Shown here: positions 29,808 through 39,301 of the stretch, piece after piece
How positions within the stretch are numbered: the stretch's first letter is position 1
Layout of the letters: each line of letters starts with the position of its first letter
Assembly (NCBI GenBank): GCA_048448865.1
Contig: DBGBLM010000036.1
Coordinates: 1 to 54,850, forward strand
From: Collinsella sp.
GTDB taxonomy: Bacteria > Actinomycetota > Coriobacteriia > Coriobacteriales > Coriobacteriaceae
DNA: 54,850 nucleotides
Direction of reading: 5' to 3'
The notes under the pieces: model-generated
What the model was told of the DNA's origin: nothing
Database searches by the model: none
What the model saw: only the letters and a program-made list of their open reading frames with translations
Position numbers and translations under genes: made by a program

Positions 29808-30815
29808 TTACTCGGCGTGAGCGTAATCAACCTTGGCGCGGCGAGCGGTGGCCTTCTCCCAATCGCTGGTGCCCTCAAAGACATCCTGCTTGTAGGGATT
29901 GCGGCCGAGCTTCTTGGCACGGTAGGCGATGTAGATGATCGCGGCGACGTTGGCGACCAGTGCGGCGATCGAGACCGCGGTGGCGGCGCCGGGGTCGAGC
30001 GTGGAGTGGGTCACAAAGATGGACTCCTCCTGGAAGTACGGGAACACCTGAGCAAACATGCACCAAATGGCCAGCGTAAAGGCGCGGTTCTGGATCCAGC
30101 CGCCCTTGTTCCAGATAAAGGCGGCGACGGTGGGCGCCAGCAGCAGCGCAAAGCCGCAGAACCAGGAGTGGGTGGGCAGGCAGTTGTAGGTGTAGCAGAA
30201 GTTCCAGATATCGTAGGCGATGATGTAGACCCAGGTCATGTCGGGCCACAGCATGTCGGTTTGATCCTCGGAGGCGTAGACGTTCCACCAACCGGTCATG
30301 CAGAAGATGTTGATGATACCGGCGATGCCGTTGAACACGTTGTTCCAGCCGGCCAGCTGTGTGGCGCCCTCGGAGGTGACCCAGGTGGACTCGCCCAGGA
30401 CAAAGAAGTGATAGGCACTCTCGAAGTCGGACACGACGGCAATCATGATGTTGATGGCGACGATCACAAACGGCCATGCGCGGAACCAATGCGCCTTGCC
30501 GATCTTTCCCCACTGGTACTTAATGGCAATGAAGCCCCAGCAACCGGCGAGTGCCGCGTATACCTTGGCGTAGTGGAACCAGCTGTTCTGGTACACATGG
30601 GTGGGGTTGGTGAGCGCCCACTCGGCACCCTGTGAGACGCCAATGGCGATGGCGACGCAGTAGATGGTCATGGCCAGCGGAGCCACGCCAAAGATGATGG
30701 CCGCGCCCAGCTTGGTGCGGCGGCCGACCTCGTTGAGCACGATCAGGCCAATAAAGACCATGGCCCAGCCGGCCCAGTGGATAAGGGTATCGCTACCCCA
30801 AACATCGAACAGCAT
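29808..30815 (-). CDS. Polytopic membrane protein (DUF5692-like)
   Basis: Multiple Trp-rich TM helices; WFHYAK, MLWPDM, YDIWNFCYTYNC, WIQNRAFTL motifs (family recalled from memory). Confidence 0.75.
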   Translation of the reverse strand: MLFDVWGSDTLIHWAGWAMVFIGLIVLNEVGRRTKLGAAIIFGVAPLAMTIYCVAIAIGVSQGAEWALTNPTHVYQNSWFHYAKVYAALAGCWGFIAIKYQWGKIGKAHWFRAWPFVIVAINIMIAVVSDFESAYHFFVLGESTWVTSEGATQLAGWNNVFNGIAGIINIFCMTGWWNVYASEDQTDMLWPDMTWVYIIAYDIWNFCYTYNCLPTHSWFCGFALLLAPTVAAFIWNKGGWIQNRAFTLAIWCMFAQVFPYFQEESIFVTHSTLDPGAATAVSIAALVANVAAIIYIAYRAKKLGRNPYKQDVFEGTSDWEKATARRAKVDYAHAE

Positions 30816-30878
30816 GCTGCTCTCCTTTCACACGCCCGCGGCCCCTCTTCTGATCGCGGGCAGTTTGGCCAAATGTCG

Positions 30879-31541
30879 TCAGTTCTGGGGCTTGCGCTCC
30901 GGATACTTGGCGGTATAGCCCTCGATGTGGAGCGTCGAGGCGATGATTTCCTTGACCGTCTCGTCGGGCACATCGGGGTGCGTGCGGATATACATCAACA
31001 ACCCCATGATGAGGGTGTAGAACGTCTCGTAGACATGGTCGATGCGTAGCTCATGATGGGCGACAAAATCCACTACGGTGGTGTCGCAGATATACTGCGC
31101 CACGCGCTGGACCACGTTGTGCAAAAAGCCGCCGTAGAGCGCGCCGCTGCTCGAGGTAAGCGTGCTCGGCAGCTCGTGGCCGCTGGCGACCAGGCGCTTA
31201 AAGAGCGGGGCGACGGTGTCGAGCGCGCCCTCGATATCACCGACGGTGCGGTCGGCGTTCCACCGCTCGAGTTCGGAGATAAAGCCGTCGATCGCCTCGT
31301 CCATAACAGCGGTGACGGCGGCGTCCATGTCGGCGAAGTAGTGGTAGAACAATGAACGCGTGCAGCCGGCTCGCTTGGTCACGGCCGATACCGATAGGTG
31401 GGACACGCCCAGCTCGGAGCTTACGGTGCGCACGGCATCGAGGATCTCGCGACGGCGTTCGTCGCCCGTCAGGCGCTTTGCCGCGCTATCGGATGCGGGG
31501 ACGGCATCGACCACAGAGGTACCTGCTGTGTTGTTGCCCAT
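30879..31541 (-). CDS. TetR/AcrR-family regulator
   Basis: RRREILDA...SVSAVTKRAGCTRSLFYHYF HTH. Confidence 0.9.
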   Translation of the reverse strand: MGNNTAGTSVVDAVPASDSAAKRLTGDERRREILDAVRTVSSELGVSHLSVSAVTKRAGCTRSLFYHYFADMDAAVTAVMDEAIDGFISELERWNADRTVGDIEGALDTVAPLFKRLVASGHELPSTLTSSSGALYGGFLHNVVQRVAQYICDTTVVDFVAHHELRIDHVYETFYTLIMGLLMYIRTHPDVPDETVKEIIASTLHIEGYTAKYPERKPQN

Positions 31542-31599
31542 GTTTTGCCGCCTTTCATCCTCTTTTGCCTGACCGTTCGCCTAACAGTCTTGAATATTG

Positions 31600-31637
31600 T
31601 TGACGGTTCGTCAATACTATTTTTGACACAATGTCAA
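31600..31637. promoter_or_regulatory. Tandem palindromic operators, probably bound by the TetR regulator
   Basis: TTGACG-GTT-CGTCAA (31600) and TTGACA-CAA-TGTCAA (31623) between divergent genes. Confidence 0.7.
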
Positions 31638-31729
31638 CAATGGCGGGTGAACGGCATGGGGCATGCCCGGCCTGCAAAAAAAGAGGGGCGCTGCGTGCCT
31701 GCCAGGCTGCGGCAAGAGAAGGGACGACT

Positions 31730-34507
31730 ATGATTCTCAACGGACCGGGGATTAGCTACACCGAGCCCGACATCGGTTCGGAGTTCGTGCCGCCGCTGCC
31801 GGAGCATCCGCGCGAGGCCATCGTCAAGCTGTGCGAGCACTGCACCAACCGTCTGCTGCATCGCGACGAGCTGTTGGGCTACGAGTACTGGTCGTTTGCC
31901 GAGGCCGCGACCGACGAGCAGGCCGAAGTGCTCTGCAAGATAAAGATGCGCCGTCCCTATACGCTGCCCGAGATGGCCAAGCTCACCGGCATGCCCGAGA
32001 CCCAGATCGAGAAGATGCTCGACGACATGAGCTACACGGGTCTGCTCGAGTACAACTGGGAAAACCCCGAGCGCGCCAAGCAATGGGTGTTGCCCATGCT
32101 GGTGCCGGGTTCTGCCGAGTTCCTCAACATGCGCGTGAGCCAGCTCGAGGAGCACCCGGTCTATGCCAAGTTCTTTGAGCAGGCGTCCAAGGGACCGCTG
32201 TCCAAGGCCACGCCGATGGTGCCGCCCGGAGGCGCCGGCATCGGCATGCACGTCATTCCGGTCGAGAAGGCCATCGACGCCGCGAGCACCTCGGTGCCGA
32301 TCGAGCATATCGAGCATTGGCTCGACAAATACGATGGCAAATATGCCGCCAGCACCTGCAGCTGCCGCGCGAGCCGTCGCGTGATGGGTGAGGGCTGCGC
32401 CGACGACCCGGCCGATTGGTGCATCGCCGTGGGCGATATGGCCGACTACGTGGTTGAGACCGATCGTGGCCATTACGTGACCCGCGACGAGGTTTACGAC
32501 ATCTTGCGCCAGGCCGAGGACAACGGCTTTGTGCACCAGATCACTAATATCGACGGCGAGAACAAGATCTTCGCCATCTGCAACTGTAACGTCAACGTGT
32601 GCTACGCCCTGCGCACCTCGCAGCTGTTCAACACGCCCAACCTGTCGCGCTCGGCCTATGTCGCCAAGGTCGAGAAGGACAAGTGCGTGGCCTGCGGTCG
32701 CTGCGTCGAGGTGTGTCCGGCCGGCGCCGCCAAGCTGGGCCAGAAGCTCTGCAGCAAAAAGGCCGGCGGACAGGTGCCCGAGTATCCGCGCCAGGAGCTG
32801 CCCGATGCCACCAAGTGGGACCACACCAAGTGGTCGCCCAACTACCGCAACGACAACCGCATCGAGACACACGATTCCGGCACCGCGCCCTGCAAGACGG
32901 CCTGCCCCGCGCACGTTGCCGTTCAGGGCTATTTGAAGCTCGCGGCTCAGGGTCGCTATGACGAGGCGCTGGCACTCATTAAGCGCGAGAACCCGCTGCC
33001 CGCTATCTGCGGCCGTGTGTGCAACCGCCGCTGCGAGGACGCCTGCACCCGCGGCCGTGTGGACGCCGCCGTGGCCATCGACGAGGTCAAGAAGTTCATC
33101 GCCCAGCGCGATCTGGATGCCGCGACCCGCTACGTCCCGCCCGTGGTGACGCCGACGCGCGCTGGCGGCTTTGATCAGAAGATCGCCATCATCGGTGCCG
33201 GTCCGGCCGGCCTGTCCTGCGCTTTCTATCTGGCCGAGAAGGGCTACAAGCCCATCGTCTTCGAGAAAAACGAGCGCCCGGGCGGCATGCTCACCTATGG
33301 CATTCCCAGCTTTAAGCTGCAGAAGGACGTTCTTGAGGCCGAGGTCGAGATCATTCGCCTGATGGGTGCCGAGTTTCGCTATGGCGTGGAGGTCGGTCGT
33401 GACGTGACGCTCGACGAGCTGCGCGCGCAGGGCTTTAAGGCCTTCTACGTTGCCATTGGCTGCCAGGGCGGCCGCCTTGCCGGCATTCCGGGCGAGGATG
33501 CCGAGGACGTGACCGTGGCCGTCGACTTCCTTCGCGAGGTTAACAGCGGCAAGATCGATACCCTGTCCGGCAGCACCATTGTGGTGGGCGGCGGCAACGT
33601 GGCCATCGACGTTGCCCGCAACGCCTGCCGTCTGGGCTCTGAGCACGTTGAGATGTTCTGCCTGGAGAGCGAGGCCCAGATGCCCGCCAGCGAGGAAGAA
33701 CGTCGCGAGGCCGTTGAGGACGGCGCGCACATCAGCTGCGGCTGGGGCCCCAAGGAGATTCACCTGGACGAGGCCGGTCGTGTGTGCGGTGTCACCTTCA
33801 AGCGCTGCACGCGTGTCTTTGACGACGAGGGCCGTTTTGCGCCCGAGTACGACGAGAACGACCTGCGCCGTGTCGATGCCGACCGTGTCGTCATGTCGAT
33901 TGGCCAGTCCATTGTGTGGGGCGACCTGCTGGCTGGCTCCAAAGTGGAGCTCGGCCGCGGCCAGGGTGCCCTTGCCGATCCCCAGACCTACCAGACCGCC
34001 GAGCCAGACATCTTTGTGGGCGGCGACGTCTACACCGGCCCCAGCTTTGCCATCGACGCTATCGCCGCCGGCCACGAGGCCGCCGTGTCCATCCATCGCT
34101 TTGTGCAGCCGGGATCCACGCTCACTATCGGCCGCAATCAGCGCCGCTACACCGCGCTCGACCGCGACGACGTTGTGCTCGAGAGCTACGACAACGCGAG
34201 CCGCGAGGTTGCGCATGTGGACCGCGAACGCGAGAAGGCTGCGCCGTTTAGCGAGTATGTTGAGACCTTTACCGAGGAGCAGGTGCGCGCCGAGACCGCC
34301 CGCTGCCTGGGCTGCGGCGCCTCGATCGTCGACCCCAACAAGTGCATCGGCTGCGGCCTGTGCACCACCAAGTGCGCGTTTGACGCTATCCATCTGGATC
34401 GCGACCGCCCCGAGTGCTCAACGATGGTCAAATACGAGCAAAAGCTCCCAAGCCTGGGCAAGTATGCTTTAAAGCGCGCCATCAAGATCAAATTTGGTCG
34501 CAAGTAA
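31730..34507 (+). CDS. Large FAD/NAD(P)H-dependent Fe-S oxidoreductase (GltD/SudA-like core with ferredoxin and Cys-rich N-terminal domains)
   Basis: CSCR, CNC..C, CVACGRCVEVCP, PCKTACP, ICGRVCNRRCEDAC, GAGPAG, GGGNVA, RCLGC, CIGCGLCTTKC. Confidence 0.9.
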   Translation: MILNGPGISYTEPDIGSEFVPPLPEHPREAIVKLCEHCTNRLLHRDELLGYEYWSFAEAATDEQAEVLCKIKMRRPYTLPEMAKLTGMPETQIEKMLDDMSYTGLLEYNWENPERAKQWVLPMLVPGSAEFLNMRVSQLEEHPVYAKFFEQASKGPLSKATPMVPPGGAGIGMHVIPVEKAIDAASTSVPIEHIEHWLDKYDGKYAASTCSCRASRRVMGEGCADDPADWCIAVGDMADYVVETDRGHYVTRDEVYDILRQAEDNGFVHQITNIDGENKIFAICNCNVNVCYALRTSQLFNTPNLSRSAYVAKVEKDKCVACGRCVEVCPAGAAKLGQKLCSKKAGGQVPEYPRQELPDATKWDHTKWSPNYRNDNRIETHDSGTAPCKTACPAHVAVQGYLKLAAQGRYDEALALIKRENPLPAICGRVCNRRCEDACTRGRVDAAVAIDEVKKFIAQRDLDAATRYVPPVVTPTRAGGFDQKIAIIGAGPAGLSCAFYLAEKGYKPIVFEKNERPGGMLTYGIPSFKLQKDVLEAEVEIIRLMGAEFRYGVEVGRDVTLDELRAQGFKAFYVAIGCQGGRLAGIPGEDAEDVTVAVDFLREVNSGKIDTLSGSTIVVGGGNVAIDVARNACRLGSEHVEMFCLESEAQMPASEEERREAVEDGAHISCGWGPKEIHLDEAGRVCGVTFKRCTRVFDDEGRFAPEYDENDLRRVDADRVVMSIGQSIVWGDLLAGSKVELGRGQGALADPQTYQTAEPDIFVGGDVYTGPSFAIDAIAAGHEAAVSIHRFVQPGSTLTIGRNQRRYTALDRDDVVLESYDNASREVAHVDREREKAAPFSEYVETFTEEQVRAETARCLGCGASIVDPNKCIGCGLCTTKCAFDAIHLDRDRPECSTMVKYEQKLPSLGKYALKRAIKIKFGRK

Positions 34508-34537
34508 GTAGCCATAACGGGAACGGCGGAAGAAAAA

Positions 34538-34966
34538 GTGCATGAATTGGGGATCGTTTACCACATCATTCGCGATGTTGAGAACGTGGCGCGCGCCAAT
34601 GGCGTGAGTCGCGTTTCGAGCGTGACGTTGCTGTTGGGCGAGGTCTCGGGCGTCGTTCCCGACTTGCTGCTCGACGCTTGGCGCTGGGCTGCAGATAAAA
34701 AGCCCATCACCGAGGGCGCGGAGCTTATCGTGGAGCCCGTCGAGGCCGTGACGCATTGCGAGGTATGCGGCCGCGACTACGCGACGGTCGAGCATGGCAA
34801 GACCTGCCCCCATTGCGGTAGCGGCGAGACATACCTGCTGCAGGGCCAAGAGGTCATGATCAAGCAGATCGAGACCCCCGACGAGGATCCGGCAGACGCT
34901 GCTCCTGACGGCCTCTCCGACGCCCCCGACGCCGTCGACGCCGCCAACCCCCTCCACATCGTCTAG
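34538..34966 (+). CDS. hypA: Nickel metallochaperone HypA family
   Basis: MHE N-terminus, CEVC and CPHC zinc motifs, acidic tail. Confidence 0.92.
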   Translation: MHELGIVYHIIRDVENVARANGVSRVSSVTLLLGEVSGVVPDLLLDAWRWAADKKPITEGAELIVEPVEAVTHCEVCGRDYATVEHGKTCPHCGSGETYLLQGQEVMIKQIETPDEDPADAAPDGLSDAPDAVDAANPLHIV

Positions 34967-34977
34967 GATCCCCTATA

Positions 34978-35044
34978 AGTTGCGGTGAAATAGTTCCTAA
35001 ATCCAGCCTTCTGGCTCTTAAACAAGAACTATTCCACCGCAACT
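34978..35044. repeat. 67-bp inverted-repeat element (family C, copy 3)
   Basis: AGTTGCGGTGAAATAGTTCCT-N25-AAGAACTATTCCACCGCAACT. Confidence 0.9.
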
Positions 35045-35372
35045 ATTTTGAGTGGTTTCGTAGACCATAAGTCACGAAAATAGTCAAGCCATGTCTGTTT
35101 AAACAAAATAGCGGCAGTACAAGCGCATTCGCGCTTGCCTAAAATCGTTATTAATGAACAGCCTGCTTGTATCTGTAAAATACATAGCTTGATGAGTGAC
35201 GCTTTATCAGGTAATGAGTCGAAAAACAGTAATGTAATCAATTTGTAACAAACTTAGACGTTTAAACAAATAAACCAACCTTTTGCGGATTTAGCTATAA
35301 TTCCACAATCCAAACAGGTATACTCCTTTCATGTCGTGTAGGAAATACGTAGACAAAAAAGGAGGTTATGTG
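35045..35372 (+). promoter_or_regulatory. AT-rich regulatory region of the mannose PTS operon
   Basis: Sharp drop in GC; GTTTAAACAAA at 35097 and 35260; GGAGG RBS. Confidence 0.55.
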
Positions 35373-36362
35373 ATGGTAAGTATTGTTCTTGCTAGCCACG
35401 GGGACTTGGCAGCTGGAATCAAGCAGACGGGCTCGATGGTCTTTGGCGATCAGCCGTCTGTTGCCGTGGTCTCGCTCGAGCCGAGCATGGGCCCCGACGA
35501 CTTCCGTGCCAAGGTCGAGGAAGCAGTCGCTTCCTTCGAGGACCAGGAGCAGGTGCTCTTCCTCGTTGATCTGTGGGGCGGCACGCCGTTCAACCAGATC
35601 AGCGGGCTCATCGAGGGCCACGATTCCTGGGCTATCGTCACCGGTGTCAACCTGCCTATGCTCATCGAGGCATATTCGCAGCGCTTTGACGCAAAGAACA
35701 CTGCACATGCGATCGCAAAACATCTCGTGACTGAGGCTAAGGCTGGCGTGCGCGTCAAGCCCGAGTCTCTGGAGCCCGAGGAGAAGAAGCCGGCTGCGGC
35801 CGCCGCTGCTCCTGCAGGCGCCATCCCTCCGGGAACGGTCATCGGCGACGGGCACATCAAGATCGCCCACGTCCGTATCGACACCCGTCTGCTGCATGGT
35901 CAGGTGGCCACCACGTGGACCAAGCAGATTAACCCCAACCGCATCATCGTGGTTTCCGACGGCGTTGCTCACGACGAGCTTCGTAAGACCATGATCGAGC
36001 AGGCTGCCCCTCCGGGAGTCCATGCCAACGTCGTGCCCATCAAGAAGATGGCCGAGGTCGTCAAGGACACGCGCTTTGGTGACACCAAGGCCATGCTGCT
36101 CTTTGAGAATCCGCAGGATCTGCTCAAGGCCATCGAGGCCGGCGTCGACATCAAGGAAGTCAACATCGGTTCTATGGCTCACTCCAAGGGCAAGGTCGTC
36201 GTCACCAACGCCGTCGCTATGGGCGATGACGATGTCAAGACTCTCGAGGCTCTCAAGGCCAAGGGCGTCAAGTTCGAGGTCCGCAAGGTTCCTTCGGATT
36301 CCTCCGAGGATCTCGACGCCATGTTGAAGAAAGCTAAGGCCGAACTGGCCGCTCAAGCATAG
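35373..36362 (+). CDS. manL: PTS mannose-family EIIAB
   Basis: ASHG, DLWGGTPFN, GVNLPM, RIDTRLLHGQV. Confidence 0.95.
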   Translation: MVSIVLASHGDLAAGIKQTGSMVFGDQPSVAVVSLEPSMGPDDFRAKVEEAVASFEDQEQVLFLVDLWGGTPFNQISGLIEGHDSWAIVTGVNLPMLIEAYSQRFDAKNTAHAIAKHLVTEAKAGVRVKPESLEPEEKKPAAAAAAPAGAIPPGTVIGDGHIKIAHVRIDTRLLHGQVATTWTKQINPNRIIVVSDGVAHDELRKTMIEQAAPPGVHANVVPIKKMAEVVKDTRFGDTKAMLLFENPQDLLKAIEAGVDIKEVNIGSMAHSKGKVVVTNAVAMGDDDVKTLEALKAKGVKFEVRKVPSDSSEDLDAMLKKAKAELAAQA

Positions 36363-36380
36363 TAAAGGAGGGTCCGATAC

Positions 36381-37199
36381 ATGTCTGCAATCACTATTCT
36401 GCTTGTTGCGATTGTCGCGTTGCTTGCCGGTATGGAAGGCATTCTGGATGAGTTCCAGTTCCATCAGCCGCTCGTGGCATGCACGCTTATCGGTCTCGTA
36501 ACCGGTCACCTTCAGGAGGGCATCCTCCTGGGCGGTTCGCTCCAGATGATGGCCCTTGGCTGGGCTAACGTCGGCGCCGCTGTCGCGCCTGACGCCGCTC
36601 TGGCCTCGGTCGCTTCTTCGATCATCATGGTGCTCGCCCTCAACGGTGGCGCCACCGATTCGGCCAAGGCCGTTACCACCGCTATCGCCGTCGCCGTCCC
36701 GCTGTCGGTCGCTGGTCTGTTCCTGACCATGATCTGCCGTACCATTGCTACCGCTATCGCTCACGCCATGGACGGTTGCGCCGAGAAGGGCGACTTCTCC
36801 GGCATCGAGCGCTGGCAGTATGCTGCCATCCTCATGCAGGGCCTTCGTATCGCCATCCCGGCAGTGCTTCTGTGCGTCATCCCGGCCGAGGCCGTTACCA
36901 ACGCGCTTAACGCTATGCCCGACTGGCTGTCCGGCGGCATGGCTGTCGGCGGCGGCATGGTCGCTTCCGTCGGTTACGCCATGGTCATCAACATGATGGC
37001 CACCAAGGAGACCTGGCCGTTCTTCGTCCTCGGCTTTGTCCTTGCTGCCATCCCTCAGCTCACGCTGATCGCCCTTGGTCTCATCGGCATCTCCCTTGCC
37101 CTCATCTACCTTGGCCTTAAGGATCTAGCCAAGCAGGGTGGCGGCATGGGCGGTGGCTCCGGCGACCCGCTCGGCGACATTCTGAACGATTACGAGTAG
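36381..37199 (+). CDS. manM: PTS mannose-family EIIC
   Basis: FHQPLVAC, LGWANVGAAVAPD, terminal DPLGDILNDYE. Confidence 0.95.
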   Translation: MSAITILLVAIVALLAGMEGILDEFQFHQPLVACTLIGLVTGHLQEGILLGGSLQMMALGWANVGAAVAPDAALASVASSIIMVLALNGGATDSAKAVTTAIAVAVPLSVAGLFLTMICRTIATAIAHAMDGCAEKGDFSGIERWQYAAILMQGLRIAIPAVLLCVIPAEAVTNALNAMPDWLSGGMAVGGGMVASVGYAMVINMMATKETWPFFVLGFVLAAIPQLTLIALGLIGISLALIYLGLKDLAKQGGGMGGGSGDPLGDILNDYE

Positions 37200-37215
37200 G
37201 AGGGGAGTGATACAT

Positions 37216-38136
37216 ATGGCAGAGAACAAGATTCAGCTCACCAAGGCTGACCGCAAGAAGGTTTGCTTCCGTCATCAGTTCCTTCAGGGCTCGTGGAACT
37301 ACGAGCGTATGCAGAACGGCGGCTGGTGCTTCGCAATGATCCCTGCGATCAAGAAGCTCTACACCAGCAAGGATGACCAGATTGCCGCTCTTAAGCGCCA
37401 CCTGGAGTTCTATAACACCCACCCCTATGTTTCCGCCCCCGTCATTGGCGTTACCCTCGCTCTCGAGGAGGAGCGCGCCAACGGTGCCCCGATTGACGAC
37501 GTCGCCATTCAGGGCGTCAAGGTCGGTATGATGGGCCCGCTCGCCGGCGTCGGCGACCCCGTCTTCTGGTTCACCCTTCGCCCGATTCTGGGCGCTCTGG
37601 GCGCTTCCCTGGCCATGTCCGGCAGCATCGTCGGTCCGCTGCTGTTCTTCTTCGCGTGGAACATCATCCGTTACGCTTTCCTGTGGTACACGCAGGAGTT
37701 TGGCTACAAGGTCGGCTCCTCCATCGCCAAGGACCTCTCCGGTGGTCTGATGGGCAAGGTCACCGAGGGCGCTTCCATCCTGGGTATGTTCATCATCGGC
37801 GCCCTGGTCGAGCGCTGGGTGTCCATTTCCTTCACCCCGATCGTCTCCACGGTCAAGCAGTCTGCTGGCGCCTTTATCGACTGGGCTAGCCTGCCCTCCG
37901 GTTCCGAGGGTATCAAGGAAGCGCTGACGATGTACAACTCCGTCGGTGCTACCGCCCTTGATCAGATGAAGGTCACCACGCTTCAGGCCAACCTCGATCA
38001 GCTCATCCCCGGCCTTGCCGCCGTGTGCCTGACCCTGCTGGTCTGCAAGCTCCTCAAGAAGAAGGTCAGCCCGATCGTCATCATCCTGGCTCTCTTCGCC
38101 GTCGGCATCATCGGTCGCTTCTGCGGCTTCATGTAA
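37216..38136 (+). CDS. manN: PTS mannose-family EIID
   Basis: SWNYERMQN, FYNTHPY, MGPLAGVGD. Confidence 0.95.
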   Translation: MAENKIQLTKADRKKVCFRHQFLQGSWNYERMQNGGWCFAMIPAIKKLYTSKDDQIAALKRHLEFYNTHPYVSAPVIGVTLALEEERANGAPIDDVAIQGVKVGMMGPLAGVGDPVFWFTLRPILGALGASLAMSGSIVGPLLFFFAWNIIRYAFLWYTQEFGYKVGSSIAKDLSGGLMGKVTEGASILGMFIIGALVERWVSISFTPIVSTVKQSAGAFIDWASLPSGSEGIKEALTMYNSVGATALDQMKVTTLQANLDQLIPGLAAVCLTLLVCKLLKKKVSPIVIILALFAVGIIGRFCGFM

Positions 38137-38256
38137 GCACGCTTCGGCTTAAGACCGAGAATTGCTAGGCAAGGGCTTTTGAGCCATTGAAACGGACCGC
38201 ACCCGGTGGGTACACTGGATGCGGTCCGATTGTTTTATTTGGAGGGCGAGGCGCGC

Positions 38257-38655
38257 ATGGCGCAATCTCAGAACAGCACGGTCGATCTGGCAACGCCGGC
38301 AACCTGCCTGATGGGGCTTACCAGCCACGGTAACGTGATGGTGGGCAATAAGGCGTTCGAGTATTACAACGAGCGCAATCCCGAGGATTATATTCAAATC
38401 CCGTGGGACGAGGTCGACTATATTGCCGCCGAGGTTTTACGCGGCACCAAGAAGATCACGCGTTTTGCCATCTTCACCAAGGACAACGGTCACTTTACGT
38501 TTTCGACGCGCGACGACAAAGAGACGCTTCGTGCTGTCCGCAAGTACGTCGACGAGGATAAGCTTGTGCGTTCGCCCGACTTTATCGATGTGACGGCCAA
38601 GGGCGCCAAGAGCATCCCCTCCGTTATCAAAAACCTCTTCCACAAAGGCAACTAG
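38257..38655 (+). CDS. manO: DUF956/ManO family protein
   Basis: G.VMVGNKAFEYYNERN..DYIQIPW; position after manN. Confidence 0.85.
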   Translation: MAQSQNSTVDLATPATCLMGLTSHGNVMVGNKAFEYYNERNPEDYIQIPWDEVDYIAAEVLRGTKKITRFAIFTKDNGHFTFSTRDDKETLRAVRKYVDEDKLVRSPDFIDVTAKGAKSIPSVIKNLFHKGN

Positions 38656-38673
38656 TCGTTGGGTAGTCGTTGG

Positions 38674-38843
38674 GGAAATATCATCCCGGTTTGAGCGCCT
38701 ATTCTGGGATGCAGTTTCCGGAACAGGCTCAATTGGGAAACCATATCCCGTTTCGAGCTCAAATTCCGGGTCGTAGTTTCCTAGAGAGGCCCCATCCGGA
38801 AAGCCCGTCCCAGATTTCGTCTGGATAGTGGGACACGCTTTCC
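38674..38843. repeat. 170-bp alternating half-site array (family A, copy 3; spacers suggest inverted orientation)
   Basis: Half-sites at 38674, 38706, 38736, 38768, 38798, 38830; spacers 18/16/18/16/18. Confidence 0.9.
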
Positions 38844-38924
38844 GGAAGGCTGTTCCACCGTAACTTCGAAGAGTGGCTATGCGCTGCATGGCAGTGGCGC
38901 AAATCTGCTACACTAGTACAACAT

Positions 38925-39000
38925 GCCTCCGTAGCTCAGGGGATAGAGCACCGCTCTCCTAAAGCGGGTGTCGACGGTTCGAATCCGCCCGGGGGCACCA
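38925..39000 (+). tRNA. tRNA-Arg(CCT)
   Basis: Acceptor GCCTCCG/CGGGGGC-ACCA, anticodon arm CCGCT-CTCCTAA-AGCGG, T-loop GTTCGAATC; 76 nt. Confidence 0.96.
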
Positions 39001-39185
39001 GAGGAATATCGAGCCCGGTACCGTTACGGTGCCGGGCTCTTCTGGTCTAAGGGCAGGATTCGTGCCGTCGACACCCGCGTCACCAATTTCCCCGCGGGGG
39101 GGGGGGAGTTTTCGAATCCGCCCGGGGGCACCAGAGGAATATCGAGCCCGGTACCGCTATGGTGCCGGGCTCTTCTGGTTTAAGG
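38978..39185 (+). repeat. 75-bp direct repeat of the tRNA 3' end plus downstream hairpin (att-like scar)
   Basis: 38978-39052 vs 39111-39185, 3 mismatches. Confidence 0.9.
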
Positions 39186-39212
39186 CATGCCGTAGTATTC
39201 GCTGCTTCAGAT

Positions 39213-39251
39213 AAAGAAGGCGCCCGTTTGCTGGGAAGCAAGCGGGCGCCT
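39213..39251 (-). terminator. Terminator after pknB
   Basis: AGGCGCCCG..TTGC/GCAA..CGGGCGCCT stem with TCTTT on the minus strand. Confidence 0.65.
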
Positions 39252-39301
39252 GTGAGCGAATATGTTTGCGGCGAGAGCCGTGATGAGCGGTGGGGTGGCG
39301 A

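Noticed and set aside
39096..39106. Poly-G phase-variation switch
   Set aside because: Not within a credible ORF or promoter
39111..39133. Second tRNA gene
   Set aside because: Only the T-arm and 3' acceptor strand are present
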